DNA of 64,000 nt from Desulfatiglandales bacterium (GCA_963662465.1 OY759599.1:1088001-1152000); one strand, 5' to 3'; shown: positions 10,119 through 20,850, numbered from the stretch's first letter. The notes: generated from the sequence alone by a model not told the origin. Made by a program: numbers and translations.

Positions 10119-11389
10119 GAATTTTTTTCTTGAGTATGTTGTGGGGTCTCTGTTTCATGCTGTTCACGCCTGTTTGTCAGTGTGAAACGCCCATTCGAAT
10201 CAGTGATTTTCTGTCCGGCGCTTCAACGGATGACTTTCTGCCGGCAGAGAAAGAGGTCCTTTCCTTTTTGGAGAAAAATCAGGACGCGCCTTTTTTGAAT
10301 GAGTTGGAATTCCGGTTGAACGTTGATGAGTTTGATTACGATCGGCAGGAGTTTGCCATCCGTTTCAAAACCCGGAGCTTTGGTGAAATGCGGGATCTCA
10401 AAAAGCTTGCCCTTGCAGGCATGGCATCCCAGGAAGCACAATACGGACTGCTGCTCCAGCGGGCCTTGAAAAGGAGATATGATATTGTTCTTGAATACCT
10501 TTACTGCCGTGAAATGATCACCGCTTATGGGGAACTGACGAAAGTGTGTGAAGATCGGCTTCATGTGCTTAAAAGGAGTTCAGAGGTTCCAGGCGTGGAT
10601 CCGTTGAAACTCAGTTATGCGCTTGTGGATGCTGAAAACGATCTACTGGATGTGGAGATGGAAACCGAAAGGTTAAAAGACCGTTCCAGGCTGATTTCCG
10701 ATGAAATCCGGAGAGATATGGGGACGAACAGCCCCATTGCCTTTGAAAATGAAAAAAGAGTGGCGATAAATGACATTACAAATGAGATTCGGCAAATTGC
10801 CGAAGTTCCGGCGGTGACAGCCGAAATTCAAAGCGCCCAAAAAAAAGCTGATCTGGCGGCGGCCCGTTATGCGCTGGAAAAATCGCGGAATGGCGCGTGG
10901 TTCAGCTTTATTGAAACCGCCTACGATCTGGAACAACGGTATGATTTTGAAAAAGCCTTTTCCATTGGATTCGGCATTACAATACCCATCGGCACAACGA
11001 GCAGGCCGGAGATGCGGGAAAAAAAGCTAAAGGAATTGAATGCCAAAAGGGTCTGCGAAATGCTCAAACAACGGAACCGGGACGAGACGCTCCGTCTTTC
11101 AAATGAGTTGCTGCACTTGATTCGCCGGTATGAACGCTTTTACGAAAAAAAGCGATCCAGCGGTGGAAAATGCCACTACGATGTCTGGCAACGCACGGAG
11201 GGAACTGATCCCATGATTTTGCTGAAAATCAGGGAATCCATGTTGAAAAAACAGATCGGGAAAACAAAGCGCCTCTTTGAAATCTTCAGGTGCTACACCA
11301 ACCTGCTGGATGTTTCCGGAAAACTGCTCGAAAAACCGTTTAGAAATTATCTGACCCATGCCCGGGAGCATTTCGAATTCCATGTCTGA
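10115..11389 (+). CDS. Exported helical protein, probable divergent TolC-like outer membrane factor
   Basis: Signal peptide, long helices with short beta segments (FSIGFGITIPIG); coupled to the HlyD-like gene. Confidence 0.5.
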   Translation: MRIFFLSMLWGLCFMLFTPVCQCETPIRISDFLSGASTDDFLPAEKEVLSFLEKNQDAPFLNELEFRLNVDEFDYDRQEFAIRFKTRSFGEMRDLKKLALAGMASQEAQYGLLLQRALKRRYDIVLEYLYCREMITAYGELTKVCEDRLHVLKRSSEVPGVDPLKLSYALVDAENDLLDVEMETERLKDRSRLISDEIRRDMGTNSPIAFENEKRVAINDITNEIRQIAEVPAVTAEIQSAQKKADLAAARYALEKSRNGAWFSFIETAYDLEQRYDFEKAFSIGFGITIPIGTTSRPEMREKKLKELNAKRVCEMLKQRNRDETLRLSNELLHLIRRYERFYEKKRSSGGKCHYDVWQRTEGTDPMILLKIRESMLKKQIGKTKRLFEIFRCYTNLLDVSGKLLEKPFRNYLTHAREHFEFHV

Positions 11390-12164
11390 GATGCCCTCCT
11401 TGCTGGAACGTTATGAGTTGAAATTCGTCATACCGGAGCGCATGGTGGATTCCATTTCCGATTTTGCTTCGGTTTATTGCAGGCCCGACCGCCATTCGGA
11501 ACAAAGCCCGGACGGATTTTATTCCGTTTACAGCCTTTATTTTGATTCCCCGGATTTTCTTTTCCTCCGAAGAAGGCAGGAGGGGGTGGCAAACCGATTC
11601 AATATGCGGGTTCGCACCTATAACAAAGACAGCGGGATGCCCTGTTTTCTCGAAGTCAAACAGAAAAGAGACGGGATCACTCGAAAATACCGGACAAAGG
11701 TTGAAGATGAAAACTGGGAGTGCATACTGGAAAGGGCGGACCGCGGATATCGGGGGGTTGGCGAAAAAGAGAATGCCGACCTTTTTGTCCGACTGGCCTG
11801 TTCCTACGGGGCTTCACCTAAGGTGCTTACCTCTTACCGCCGAAAAGCCTGGGTTTCGGTGGTGGATGACTACGCGCGTGTCACCTTTGACAGGGAACTG
11901 AGATGTCAGCCCGAAGAACGATGCATGCTTATTCCCGATTCCCGACGCATGACTGCTTATGATAACAGCACCCTGTTCGCTTCTGAATGCAGTATTGTTC
12001 TGGAACTGAAATGTTATGCCGCCAAAGTTCCCTTGTGGATGCTGGACCTGATCCGATATTTTGATCTTTGTCGGTGCAGTTTTTCAAAATATGTGAACAG
12101 CATGAGCGCCATATGGGAACAATGGGGCTACGACCGGGGAGACAGGACGGCCGCGGTACAGTGA
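11382..12164 (+). CDS. VTC (polyphosphate polymerase) domain protein
   Basis: RYELKF, YSLYFDS, RVRTY, FLEVKQK, RVTFD, VLELK, FSKY. Confidence 0.9.
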   Translation: MSEMPSLLERYELKFVIPERMVDSISDFASVYCRPDRHSEQSPDGFYSVYSLYFDSPDFLFLRRRQEGVANRFNMRVRTYNKDSGMPCFLEVKQKRDGITRKYRTKVEDENWECILERADRGYRGVGEKENADLFVRLACSYGASPKVLTSYRRKAWVSVVDDYARVTFDRELRCQPEERCMLIPDSRRMTAYDNSTLFASECSIVLELKCYAAKVPLWMLDLIRYFDLCRCSFSKYVNSMSAIWEQWGYDRGDRTAAVQ

Positions 12165-12198
12165 AACCTACGGGCTTTCTGAAAAATGAAAATTCATT

Positions 12199-12278
12199 TT
12201 TACAAAACATTTACAAAACCTTGAAAAGCTCCTGATAAAGGATTTACGAACAGATGATATATTGAGGGCAGCATGAAA
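12199..12278 (+). promoter_or_regulatory. Repeated promoter box (type 1), copy 2
   Basis: Same sequence as 7315 copy. Confidence 0.8.
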
Positions 12279-12330
12279 GCGGATGCTTGGGTAACGATTC
12301 CAACAAAAAATCAAACAGGGGAGTTGAATT

Positions 12331-14361
12331 ATGGAAAGAACAAAATGGAAAGTAAAAACTTATTTTACATCTCTAAAGGTCATGGGAGCAGTTTTTTCCG
12401 TGCTGCTGCTTGTGGGGCTGTTTTACAGTCATGCGCGTGCGGCTTCGGAGGCGCCGGACATCAAACTAAACGGCATGGATGACTTGACCACCCTCGCATC
12501 TACCGACACCCTTACAGCCACCATCCAAATGGATGCGGGCGATCAGATGGGAGAACCGGCCGATTGGTGGATTGTCGCTCAAACGCCCATGGGATGGTAT
12601 TATTATGAATATCCCGACGGCTGGAATTCGGGTGGGGACGACATAGCGGATCTTAAGCCCGCTTATCAGGGCGCTCTTTTCAACCTGACGGATCCCATGG
12701 CGGTTCTGCGCGTGTCCGGACTTCCGGTGGGAAACTATGTATTCTATTTCGGGATTGACACCACGGTAAACGGTGTGATGGATGAAGGGTCCCTGGTGTA
12801 CGACCAGGTTGCTTTGCAGGTGGTGGAAGCTACAACTCCCGTTCTTTCATATATTTTTCCGGCAACGACCTATGCAGGTGCTTCCGATCAGACGCTTACC
12901 CTGTTGGGAAGCAATTTCGTGGAGGGGGCTACCGTGAATTTCAATGGTGTCAGCCGTGAAGCCACGGTTGTCAGTTCGACGCATCTCACGACCGAAATCA
13001 CGGCGGAAGAGCTGACCGATGCCGGCACGTATTCCGTCAGCGTCGCCAACGGAGGTGAAACGTCGGAGAGTCTCAATTTTACACTCCTCACCGTGACATT
13101 CGGTGAGACAGACATCGATGTTCCGGATTGGACCGCCGCGACCCATGAAAAGCTGGAGACGGAAGAGATCATCGCCAACCTGGATACGGTCTTCGATACA
13201 ACCCAGGTTCAACGCATGGATATCACCATTGACGCCGCTAACTGGAGCGTGATGCAGAGCAACCTGGCCGGCCTCAAAGCGCAAGTCGGGGGATCAACTG
13301 ATTTTTCATTGATGGATGATCCCATCGATGTTCCTTGTGATATCGAATACAACGGCAAGCAATGGTATCGGGTCGGTATCCGCTTCAAGGGCAATTCCAG
13401 TCTTTATGGCGCCAACAGCAACAAACTGCCTTTTAAACTCAACTTCGATAAATTCGAGGATATTTATCCGGCCATCAACAACCAGCGCTTCTATGGGTTT
13501 AAAAAGTTCAGTCTCAAAAATAACTGCAAGGACGCGTCGGAAATCCACGAATTGACGGCATCTGAACTTTTCCGTGATTTCGGCCTGAAAAGCTCCCATA
13601 CCGCTTTTTACAAGCTCTATGTGGATGTAGGCGGCGGGCCTGTTTATTTTGGGCTTTATACCCTGGTGGAGGAAGTGGACGACACCGTCATTAAAACCCA
13701 ATACAACGATAACGACGGCAATCTCTACAAGCCCGAGGAGGATGCGGCGACCTTCGCAACGGGCACTTTCAACACCTATGAATTTAGCAAGAAGACCAAT
13801 GAGAGCGATTTGGACTACAGCGATGTACAGGCGCTTTATGATGCTCTGAACTCCGATCTTCGCGTAACGGATCCAAGCACCTGGAAAACCAACCTTGAGG
13901 CAATTTTGGATGTTCCCGTCTTCCTCAAATGGTTTGCGGCGAATAATGTGCTCCAGAATTGGGACACCTATGGCGTCATGCCCCACAACTATTATCTGTA
14001 TCGGAATCCTGACACCCAGCTTTTCGAATGGATACCCTGGGACAACAACGAAGCCCTCGAACGGCGCTGCCTGAGTCTGGACGCGTCGGAAGTGACATCC
14101 CAATGGCCGCTGCTCCGCTACCTGCTGGATGATTCGGATTACGCGGAACAGTACCGGCAAAACGTGCATGAATTCGCCGAAAGCCTTTTCAATGCCACGC
14201 GGATGGCGCCTCTTTATGATGCCCTGGCGGCCTTGATAGAGGATGCGGTCCTGAGCGAAACCGCGGGCTATACCTTCACATCACCCAGGCAATTTTCCGA
14301 GGCTATCTCCACGCTGAAGGCCCATGTTACGGCTCGCGAGACGGCGGCTCTGGCATTTTAG
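12331..14361 (+). CDS. Secreted CotH kinase family protein with IPT/TIG domain (paralog 1)
   Basis: VGIRFKGNSS, KLPFKLNFD, YFGLYTLVEEVD, HNYYLY, WIPWDNNEA. Confidence 0.9.
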   Translation: MERTKWKVKTYFTSLKVMGAVFSVLLLVGLFYSHARAASEAPDIKLNGMDDLTTLASTDTLTATIQMDAGDQMGEPADWWIVAQTPMGWYYYEYPDGWNSGGDDIADLKPAYQGALFNLTDPMAVLRVSGLPVGNYVFYFGIDTTVNGVMDEGSLVYDQVALQVVEATTPVLSYIFPATTYAGASDQTLTLLGSNFVEGATVNFNGVSREATVVSSTHLTTEITAEELTDAGTYSVSVANGGETSESLNFTLLTVTFGETDIDVPDWTAATHEKLETEEIIANLDTVFDTTQVQRMDITIDAANWSVMQSNLAGLKAQVGGSTDFSLMDDPIDVPCDIEYNGKQWYRVGIRFKGNSSLYGANSNKLPFKLNFDKFEDIYPAINNQRFYGFKKFSLKNNCKDASEIHELTASELFRDFGLKSSHTAFYKLYVDVGGGPVYFGLYTLVEEVDDTVIKTQYNDNDGNLYKPEEDAATFATGTFNTYEFSKKTNESDLDYSDVQALYDALNSDLRVTDPSTWKTNLEAILDVPVFLKWFAANNVLQNWDTYGVMPHNYYLYRNPDTQLFEWIPWDNNEALERRCLSLDASEVTSQWPLLRYLLDDSDYAEQYRQNVHEFAESLFNATRMAPLYDALAALIEDAVLSETAGYTFTSPRQFSEAISTLKAHVTARETAALAF

Positions 14362-14382
14362 ACTGACCGGGCGGCTTTGGTC

Positions 14383-14411
14383 ATCGTTCCCACGCGGAGC
14401 GTGGGAACGAT
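14383..14411. repeat. REP-like palindrome
   Basis: ATCGTTCCCACGCGGAGCGTGGGAACGAT; same family as 44640-44785. Confidence 0.7.
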
Positions 14412-14479
14412 GCGCCTGACAATGAAAGCGGATCCTGAGTGACGATATCTTTGGAAACCATAAAAAGGGGTTGGATTGA

Positions 14480-16057
14480 ATGATGGAAAAGAGAAGATCG
14501 AAATCAAAAGCTTATTGTTCATCCGTAAACCTCATGGCCGCAATATTTTCCATACTGCTGCTATTGGGGCTCTTTCACTGCCATTCGTGGGCCGCCTCGG
14601 CGGCGCCGGATATCAAAGTGAACGGCGTGGATGAATTGACCACCCTCACAACCACCAGCACCCTCACGGCGACCATCCAAATGGACGCCGGAGAACAGAC
14701 CGGAGAGCAGGCCGACTGGTGGATTGTCGCTGAAACGCCCATGGGGTGGTATTATTATGGATATCCCGACGGATGGTATTTGGGTGGAAACGGCATAGAA
14801 GATCTTAAGCCTGCTTACCAGGGTTCCCTTTTCAAGCTGACGGATCCCCTGGAGGTATTGCGGATATCAGCGCTTCCGGTCGGAGATTATGTGTTTTATT
14901 TCGCTGTGGACACGACGGTAAACGGTGTGGTGGATGAAGGGGGGCTATCCTACGACCTGGTTGCCTTCGAGGTGGTGGAAGCGATGGAAACCGTATCCTA
15001 CCCCGTGGTGGATACCGGCCAGACCGCCTGTTATGATGATAATGGAGACGAAATCAGCTGCCCTGAATCGGGTGATGCTTTTGCCGGCCAGGATGCCCAG
15101 CATGAGGGCTTTCAGTTCAGCTACACCGACAATGGCAATGGCGCCATTACCGATAATGTCACCGGCCTGATGTGGCAGCAGACCCCCGGTAATAGGGGCT
15201 TAAGTCGGCAAGAGGCGGTTGACTATTGTGAATCCCTGGAACTGGCGGGCTTTGATGACTGGCGCATACCCACCTTGAAGGAGTTGTTTTCCATCAGTGA
15301 CTTTTCAAAAGGATGGCCCTATTTGAATACGGACTATTTCGATCTGGCCGGAACAAGCGTCAGTAAAGATGAACAATATTGGGCGGATTCTTACGTGGGC
15401 ATGACCGTAGAGGGTGGCTCGGAAGCAGCTTTCGGCGTGAATCACGGCACGGGTCATATCAAGGCTTATCCGGCCAAGGTCTCCGGTCCCATGGGAAATT
15501 ATGTGCGTGCCGTTCGCGGAAACACGTATGGCGTCAATGAATTCGTGGACAATGGCGACGGCACCATCACCGACAATGCCACGGGGTTGATGTGGCAACA
15601 GGCGGACAGCGGCAGCGGCATGGATTGGGAAGATGCCCTGGCTTACGCCGAGAGTGCCACGCTGGCTGGGTACAATGACTGGCGTCTGCCCAATATCAAG
15701 GAACTCCAGAGCATCGTCGATTACACCCATTCCCCCAGTGCAAGCGAGGCGGCCAACCTTGGACCCGCCATTGATACGGATTATTTCCAAATCACCGAAC
15801 TTCCCTCCGGCACGACGAACACCACCACCGATTATGGCTACTTCTGGAGCAGCACGAGCGCCTATTTCGGTGGGGACAGTCCTGAATATTACTATGCCTG
15901 GTATGTGGCCTTTGGAACCGCAGTGGACGGTAATGGTGATGATTTTCATGGCGCCGGCGCCGTCCGATTTGACACAAAGGCCGAAGACGGACCTCTGGGA
16001 GAAGGCGGTGAGCGGTATTACAATTATGTCCGCCTGGTGCGCGACGCGAACAATTAA
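14480..16057 (+). CDS. Secreted protein with two DUF1566 (Lcl C-terminal) domains
   Basis: DTGQTACYD; two DNGxGxITDNxTGLMWQQ...DWRxPxxKEL...YVRxVR units. Confidence 0.9.
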   Translation: MMEKRRSKSKAYCSSVNLMAAIFSILLLLGLFHCHSWAASAAPDIKVNGVDELTTLTTTSTLTATIQMDAGEQTGEQADWWIVAETPMGWYYYGYPDGWYLGGNGIEDLKPAYQGSLFKLTDPLEVLRISALPVGDYVFYFAVDTTVNGVVDEGGLSYDLVAFEVVEAMETVSYPVVDTGQTACYDDNGDEISCPESGDAFAGQDAQHEGFQFSYTDNGNGAITDNVTGLMWQQTPGNRGLSRQEAVDYCESLELAGFDDWRIPTLKELFSISDFSKGWPYLNTDYFDLAGTSVSKDEQYWADSYVGMTVEGGSEAAFGVNHGTGHIKAYPAKVSGPMGNYVRAVRGNTYGVNEFVDNGDGTITDNATGLMWQQADSGSGMDWEDALAYAESATLAGYNDWRLPNIKELQSIVDYTHSPSASEAANLGPAIDTDYFQITELPSGTTNTTTDYGYFWSSTSAYFGGDSPEYYYAWYVAFGTAVDGNGDDFHGAGAVRFDTKAEDGPLGEGGERYYNYVRLVRDANN

Positions 16058-16100
16058 AGGAACAAACCGGTATTGACAACCCATAAAAGGAGATAAAACC

Positions 16101-16382
16101 ATGAAGACCATTAAAAAAATCGCTATCGCAGGTGTGATATTCAGCTTGTGTACCGTAAACGCATTTGGAGCGGATACTGAAAAACAGCGGCCTGGGGGAC
16201 GACATCAGGGGCCGCCGCCGGAGGCCTACACCGCCTGCGAAGACAAAGCCGCGGGCGATACGGCTGAGTTTGTAAGCCCCCATGGGGATACGGTAACGGG
16301 CGTTTGTGAACAGGAAGGCGATCGGATGGTCCTGCGCCCTGATAATCCGCCTCCTGACAACAGGGAAAAGGGGAAGAACTGA
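16101..16382 (+). CDS. Small secreted protein (PPPEAxxAC family)
   Basis: AGGAGA SD, signal peptide, GPPPEAYTACEDK...TGVC. Confidence 0.75.
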   Translation: MKTIKKIAIAGVIFSLCTVNAFGADTEKQRPGGRHQGPPPEAYTACEDKAAGDTAEFVSPHGDTVTGVCEQEGDRMVLRPDNPPPDNREKGKN

Positions 16383-16589
16383 TTGGAACAGAAAACCGCG
16401 CCAAGGTCTTTTTGCCTGTTCATAAACAGCGGAAGAAACCTATGCGGCAATCATTAAATCTGAAGTAGTTCCCAGCATCCACATTTCTCTTTCGGTGGGT
16501 GCTGGGATGGATATTCAACAATTCAGCGGCGATAATTCTGATTTCAGTGTTGTTCTGGATACCGATGGTTAGAAACATCGCCAGGCCCC

Positions 16590-16714
16590 TTTCCCGCATG
16601 ACCGACGCATCGGACGGCGTTCCTCAAAATGTTTGACAGGGTACGGCGAAGAAGGTTGTCAACACCCCAGATGGAAGCATCGTCAACCACACGCTTCAGA
16701 ATCTTCACCTCCTC
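16590..16714 (-). pseudogene. Histidine kinase ATPase-domain remnant, copy 1
   Basis: LLRRTLSNILRNAVR N-box; homologous DNA at 21781-21905. Confidence 0.55.
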
Positions 16715-16795
16715 TTTACAAAACATTTACAAAACCTTGAAAAGACCCTGATAAAGGATTTACGAACAAATGACACATTGAAGGCAGCATGAAAA
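16715..16795 (+). promoter_or_regulatory. Repeated promoter box (type 1), copy 3
   Basis: Same sequence; similarity to copy 2 continues into the CotH start. Confidence 0.8.
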
Positions 16796-16847
16796 TGGAT
16801 ACTTGGGTAACGATTCCAACAAAAAAATTAAACAGGGGGATTGAATC

Positions 16848-18845
16848 ATGGAAAAGACAAGATGGAAAGCAAAAGCTTATTATGCTCCTGTAAACGCCAT
16901 GGCTGCCATATTTTCCGTGCTATTGCTGTTGGGTGTGCTCTACAGCCATTCCTGGGCCGCTTCGGCGGCGCCGGATATCAAACTGATGCGCGACGCAAGC
17001 AGCACGGAATCTACGGATATCTATATAAACCAAAATGACGGCAACTGCGGTGAAAAGAGTCCTTGTTATTCAACCATTCAGGCTGGGATTGATGCCGCCA
17101 ACGATGCGTCGACGGTAAACATCGCTCAGGGGACCTATACCGAATCGTTGTCTCTTAACTCGCCGAAAACCATAACGCTGAAGGGCGGATGGAATGATGA
17201 CTTTTCGGCGCAGGAAAACATCACCGTGATCCAGGCCCCAAAGGTCGGCAATGGTGGTACACTCAAGATGCGGGATATCGTTATCAGGCCGGTGGTGGAA
17301 GCCACACCCGTTCTTTCATACCTTTTTCCGGCAACAACCTATGCAGGCGCTTCCGATCAGACACTTACCCTGTTGGGAAGCAATTTCGTGGAGGGGGCTA
17401 CTGTTAATTTCAACGGTGTCAGTCGTGAAACCACGCTTGTCAGCGCTACTCATCTTACGACCGAAATAACGGCGACGGAATTGGCCAATGCCGGTACTTA
17501 TTCCGTGAGCGTCACCAACCCCGGGGCCGGCGGTAAAACCTCCGGCAGTCTGAATTTCACACTACTCGCCTTGACATTCGGTGAAACGGATATTTCGACG
17601 CCGGATTGGACCGCCGCCACCCATGAAAAACTGGACGCGGAAGAGATCATGGCCAACATGGATACGGTCTTCGATACAGCCCAGGTTCAACGCATGGATA
17701 TTACCATCGACGCCGCTAACTGGAGCGTGATGCAAAGCAACCTGGCCGATCTCAAAGCGCAACTGGGGGGATCAAATGATTTTTCATTGATGGATGATCC
17801 CATCGATGTGCCTTGTGATATCGAGTACAACGGCAAGCAATGGTATCGGGTCGGTATCCGGTTCAAGGGGAATTCCAGTCTTTATAGTGCCAACAGCAAC
17901 AAACTCCCTTTTAAACTCAATTTCGATAAATTCGAGGATATTTATCCCCCCATCAAAAACCAGCGATTCTATGGATTTAAAAAGTTTAGTCTTAAGAGCA
18001 ATTACAAGGACGAGTCGGAAATCCACGAATTGACGGCATCCGAACTCTACCGTGATTTTGGCCTGAAAAGCTCACATGCCGCTTTCTACAAGCTCTATGT
18101 GGATGTAGGTGGCGGGCCTGTTTACTTCGGGCTTTATACCCTGGTGGAGGAAGTGGACGACACCGTCATTAAAACCCAGTACAACGATAACGACGGCAAC
18201 CTTTACAAGCCCGAGGAGGATGCGGCGACCTTCGCAACCGGAACTTTCAACACCTATGAATTTGCCAAGAAGACCAATGAGAGCGACTTGGACTACAGCG
18301 ATGTGCAGGCGCTTTATGATGTTCTGAACTCCGATCTTCGCGTGACGGATGCAGGCGCCTGGAAAACCAACCTTGAGATGATTTTGGACGTTCCCGTTTT
18401 CCTCAAATGGTTTGCGGCGAATAATGTACTCCAGAATTGGGACACCTATGGCGTCATGCCCCATAACTATTACCTGTACCGTAATCCCGACACCCAGCGC
18501 TTCGAATGGATCCCCTGGGATAACAACGAAGCTCTGGTTTCCAACCCGCGTTGTCTGAGTCTGAACGCATCGGAAGTGACATCCCAGTGGCCGATTCTCC
18601 GCTACCTGCTGGATGATTCTGCTTATGCGGAACAGTACCGACAAAACGTGCATGAATTCGCTACCAACCTGTTCAATGCCACGCGGATGGCGTCTCTTTA
18701 TGATGCCCGGGCGGCCTTGATAGAGGATGCCGTCCTGAGCGAAAGTGCGGACTATACCTTCACATCACGCAGGCAATTTTCCGAGGCTATCTCCGCTCTG
18801 AAGGCCCATGTTGCGGCCCGTGAGACGGCGGCTTTGGCATATTAG
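16848..18845 (+). CDS. Secreted CotH kinase family protein (paralog 2, different N-terminal module)
   Basis: Kinase region nearly identical to paralog 1; N-terminal CGEKSPCYSTIQAGIDAA module. Confidence 0.9.
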   Translation: MEKTRWKAKAYYAPVNAMAAIFSVLLLLGVLYSHSWAASAAPDIKLMRDASSTESTDIYINQNDGNCGEKSPCYSTIQAGIDAANDASTVNIAQGTYTESLSLNSPKTITLKGGWNDDFSAQENITVIQAPKVGNGGTLKMRDIVIRPVVEATPVLSYLFPATTYAGASDQTLTLLGSNFVEGATVNFNGVSRETTLVSATHLTTEITATELANAGTYSVSVTNPGAGGKTSGSLNFTLLALTFGETDISTPDWTAATHEKLDAEEIMANMDTVFDTAQVQRMDITIDAANWSVMQSNLADLKAQLGGSNDFSLMDDPIDVPCDIEYNGKQWYRVGIRFKGNSSLYSANSNKLPFKLNFDKFEDIYPPIKNQRFYGFKKFSLKSNYKDESEIHELTASELYRDFGLKSSHAAFYKLYVDVGGGPVYFGLYTLVEEVDDTVIKTQYNDNDGNLYKPEEDAATFATGTFNTYEFAKKTNESDLDYSDVQALYDVLNSDLRVTDAGAWKTNLEMILDVPVFLKWFAANNVLQNWDTYGVMPHNYYLYRNPDTQRFEWIPWDNNEALVSNPRCLSLNASEVTSQWPILRYLLDDSAYAEQYRQNVHEFATNLFNATRMASLYDARAALIEDAVLSESADYTFTSRRQFSEAISALKAHVAARETAALAY

Positions 18846-18936
18846 ACTGCCCGGACGGCCTTGATGATTGCCATCATATGCCTGCATATTTTGGCTGAAA
18901 ACATTGATTTTGTGAAAACTGGGCTAAGGAGAAGAA

Positions 18937-19809
18937 ATGGAACTTACGAAAACCCTTAATTTAGGTGAAATTATTTTACTCCTATTCATCCTCTCAACAT
19001 CCATGTTTTTGACAGCCTGCGAAGAGGAGGATGTGAAAACGCTCAGTTCACAGCGGGATCGTGAGATCCTCATCGATGGAAAGGATCCGGAGTGGCAGGG
19101 CGTTATGCAATATTATGATGAAAAATCGAGAACCGTGGTCAGTTTCCTTCACGATGAAAAATATTTGTTCATGAGACTTGCTTCAAACGATCGCAACATC
19201 CAGCGACAGATTCTGGTGCAGGGTCTTACCGTGTGGTTTGAACAACCCCATGAAGGGAATCGAAAAACAGGCGTCCATTTTCCGGTGGGCCTTCCCCGCG
19301 AAAAGAGAATGTCAATGTTTCAGAGACCGCCGGAAGAAGAAACAAGAACAGAAAAAGATCCTAAAAACAGAGATGATGGTTTGCTTGAAAAAGGCCTGGT
19401 TGAAATTCAGTTATGGGGACCGGGAGAATATGAGCAAAAAACAATGCCATTCAAAGAAATGGAAAAGTTTGATGTGGCGGTAAAAATCGGCAAGACGGAA
19501 AAAAACCTCATATACGAACTCAAGTTGCCGTTTACCCAAAGCGATATGAGCCGGTTTGGGCTGTTAAAGCCGGGCAAAAAAGGGATTCGGGTGGGTTTTC
19601 AGACCGGTGATGGTGAAGAAAAGAAGGGAAGATCCATGGACACCCAACCCTCCAATGGCAAACAACGCTCCGAAGGTCGCGGGGGACGTGGGATGGGGGG
19701 CGGCATGAAAGGGGGTGCGCCGGATCGAAAAGAGGGGAAACCCGAAGGCCGGCGGATCGAACCACTGGAACTGTGGGTGACGTTAACATTTGCCGAAAAT
19801 GGAGATTAA
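18937..19809 (+). CDS. Hypothetical lipoprotein
   Basis: Lipobox LTAC; IDGKDPEW; Gly/Arg-rich C-terminal segment; AGGAGA SD. Confidence 0.7.
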   Translation: MELTKTLNLGEIILLLFILSTSMFLTACEEEDVKTLSSQRDREILIDGKDPEWQGVMQYYDEKSRTVVSFLHDEKYLFMRLASNDRNIQRQILVQGLTVWFEQPHEGNRKTGVHFPVGLPREKRMSMFQRPPEEETRTEKDPKNRDDGLLEKGLVEIQLWGPGEYEQKTMPFKEMEKFDVAVKIGKTEKNLIYELKLPFTQSDMSRFGLLKPGKKGIRVGFQTGDGEEKKGRSMDTQPSNGKQRSEGRGGRGMGGGMKGGAPDRKEGKPEGRRIEPLELWVTLTFAENGD

Positions 19810-19876
19810 ACAAGCCATCGGAATCAACACAAACGGATCTGAAATACACAGTCGATATGCGGAAAACGAGACCCAT

Positions 19877-20025
19877 TTTACAACAACAAAGCAAACAGTT
19901 TTACAAAAGCTTAACAATTTTTTTCGGAATCAACAAAATTCCTTTACATTCATTGTTTATATTACAGTCAAAACTGCGGGGGATCGTCCCCCGGGAAACA
20001 GCAACCCAAATAAACCAAGGAGGTA
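19877..20025 (+). promoter_or_regulatory. TTTACA promoter (type 2) with conserved leader hairpin
   Basis: TTTACAaaagcTTAACA...TTTACATTC; hairpin CGGGGGA-TCG-TCCCCCG (19977-19993) followed by GGAAACAGCAA. Confidence 0.7.
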
Positions 20026-20029
20026 CATC

Positions 20030-20572
20030 ATGACTTCGAGACTCGGAAAAAAAATCGGTACGGGGATAATGGCTTTTCTATTCACAATATGCTTTATTCC
20101 CGCAATTTCGGGGGCATTCGCACCTGGAGACGGAAGACAAGAGAGTGGGTTTCACAGGAGCGGCCATCGCGGGCCAGGTCTGGGAATCTGGCGGGATTCG
20201 CGAATGGTTCAAAAACTGGGCCTTACGCCGGATCAGGTCAAACAGATTCGGGATGCGGATTTTACCTTCCGTGAAAAGCATCTGGTCTTGAAAGCACAAC
20301 TCGACGGCTTGCGATTGCAAATGGATAAGGCCTTTTCCCAAGATGTCGTTGACGATAAAGCCGTCCTTAAAACGGCGCAAACAATTTCAGAGGTAAAAGG
20401 AAAACTGTTTGTCAGGGAAATAGAAGCCCTTCTAACCCTTGGGAAAATTCTAAATGCGGATCAAATCAAAAAGCTGAAGTTCTATGACATGCCTCAGAAA
20501 GGGAAAGGGCTGACGCAGTGTCTAAAACAACTCTCAGACCGTCGTTTTATGGAAAAAGTTGACGATCTGTAG
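20030..20572 (+). CDS. Spy/CpxP-like periplasmic protein
   Basis: AGGAGG SD, signal peptide, KLGLTPDQ and ILNADQ (LTxxQ) motifs. Confidence 0.8.
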   Translation: MTSRLGKKIGTGIMAFLFTICFIPAISGAFAPGDGRQESGFHRSGHRGPGLGIWRDSRMVQKLGLTPDQVKQIRDADFTFREKHLVLKAQLDGLRLQMDKAFSQDVVDDKAVLKTAQTISEVKGKLFVREIEALLTLGKILNADQIKKLKFYDMPQKGKGLTQCLKQLSDRRFMEKVDDL

Positions 20573-20622
20573 TTCATTGGGCCGAATTTGAAAAGGTCAA
20601 CGCTGATAAAGGAGAAAAAACA

Positions 20623-20850
20623 ATGAAAGGCAAGGCAAGACGCATCTTAGACGTCTGGGGTTACTATCGCCTCTCAACCCTACTCCTGCTGATGATCATC
20701 TTTTTGGTTTTTGCGGGGTTTGTATGTTCATCAGCCAGCGGGGCCGGCTTTGACAGGGGTCTCCAGCCAGGATGTTCGGCCATGGGACCAGATTACATCC
20801 CGTCCGGGACACGGGTATCGGACCTATGGCATACTCCCATACCTTTTTAA
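20623..20850 (+). CDS. Small hypothetical membrane protein
   Basis: AGGAGA SD; one hydrophobic segment. Confidence 0.45.
   Translation: MKGKARRILDVWGYYRLSTLLLLMIIFLVFAGFVCSSASGAGFDRGLQPGCSAMGPDYIPSGTRVSDLWHTPIPF

Noticed and set aside
14480..16057. DUF1566 gene as the DGR target
   Set aside because: Its 3' end does not resemble the TR, which is RGGSW...GFR type
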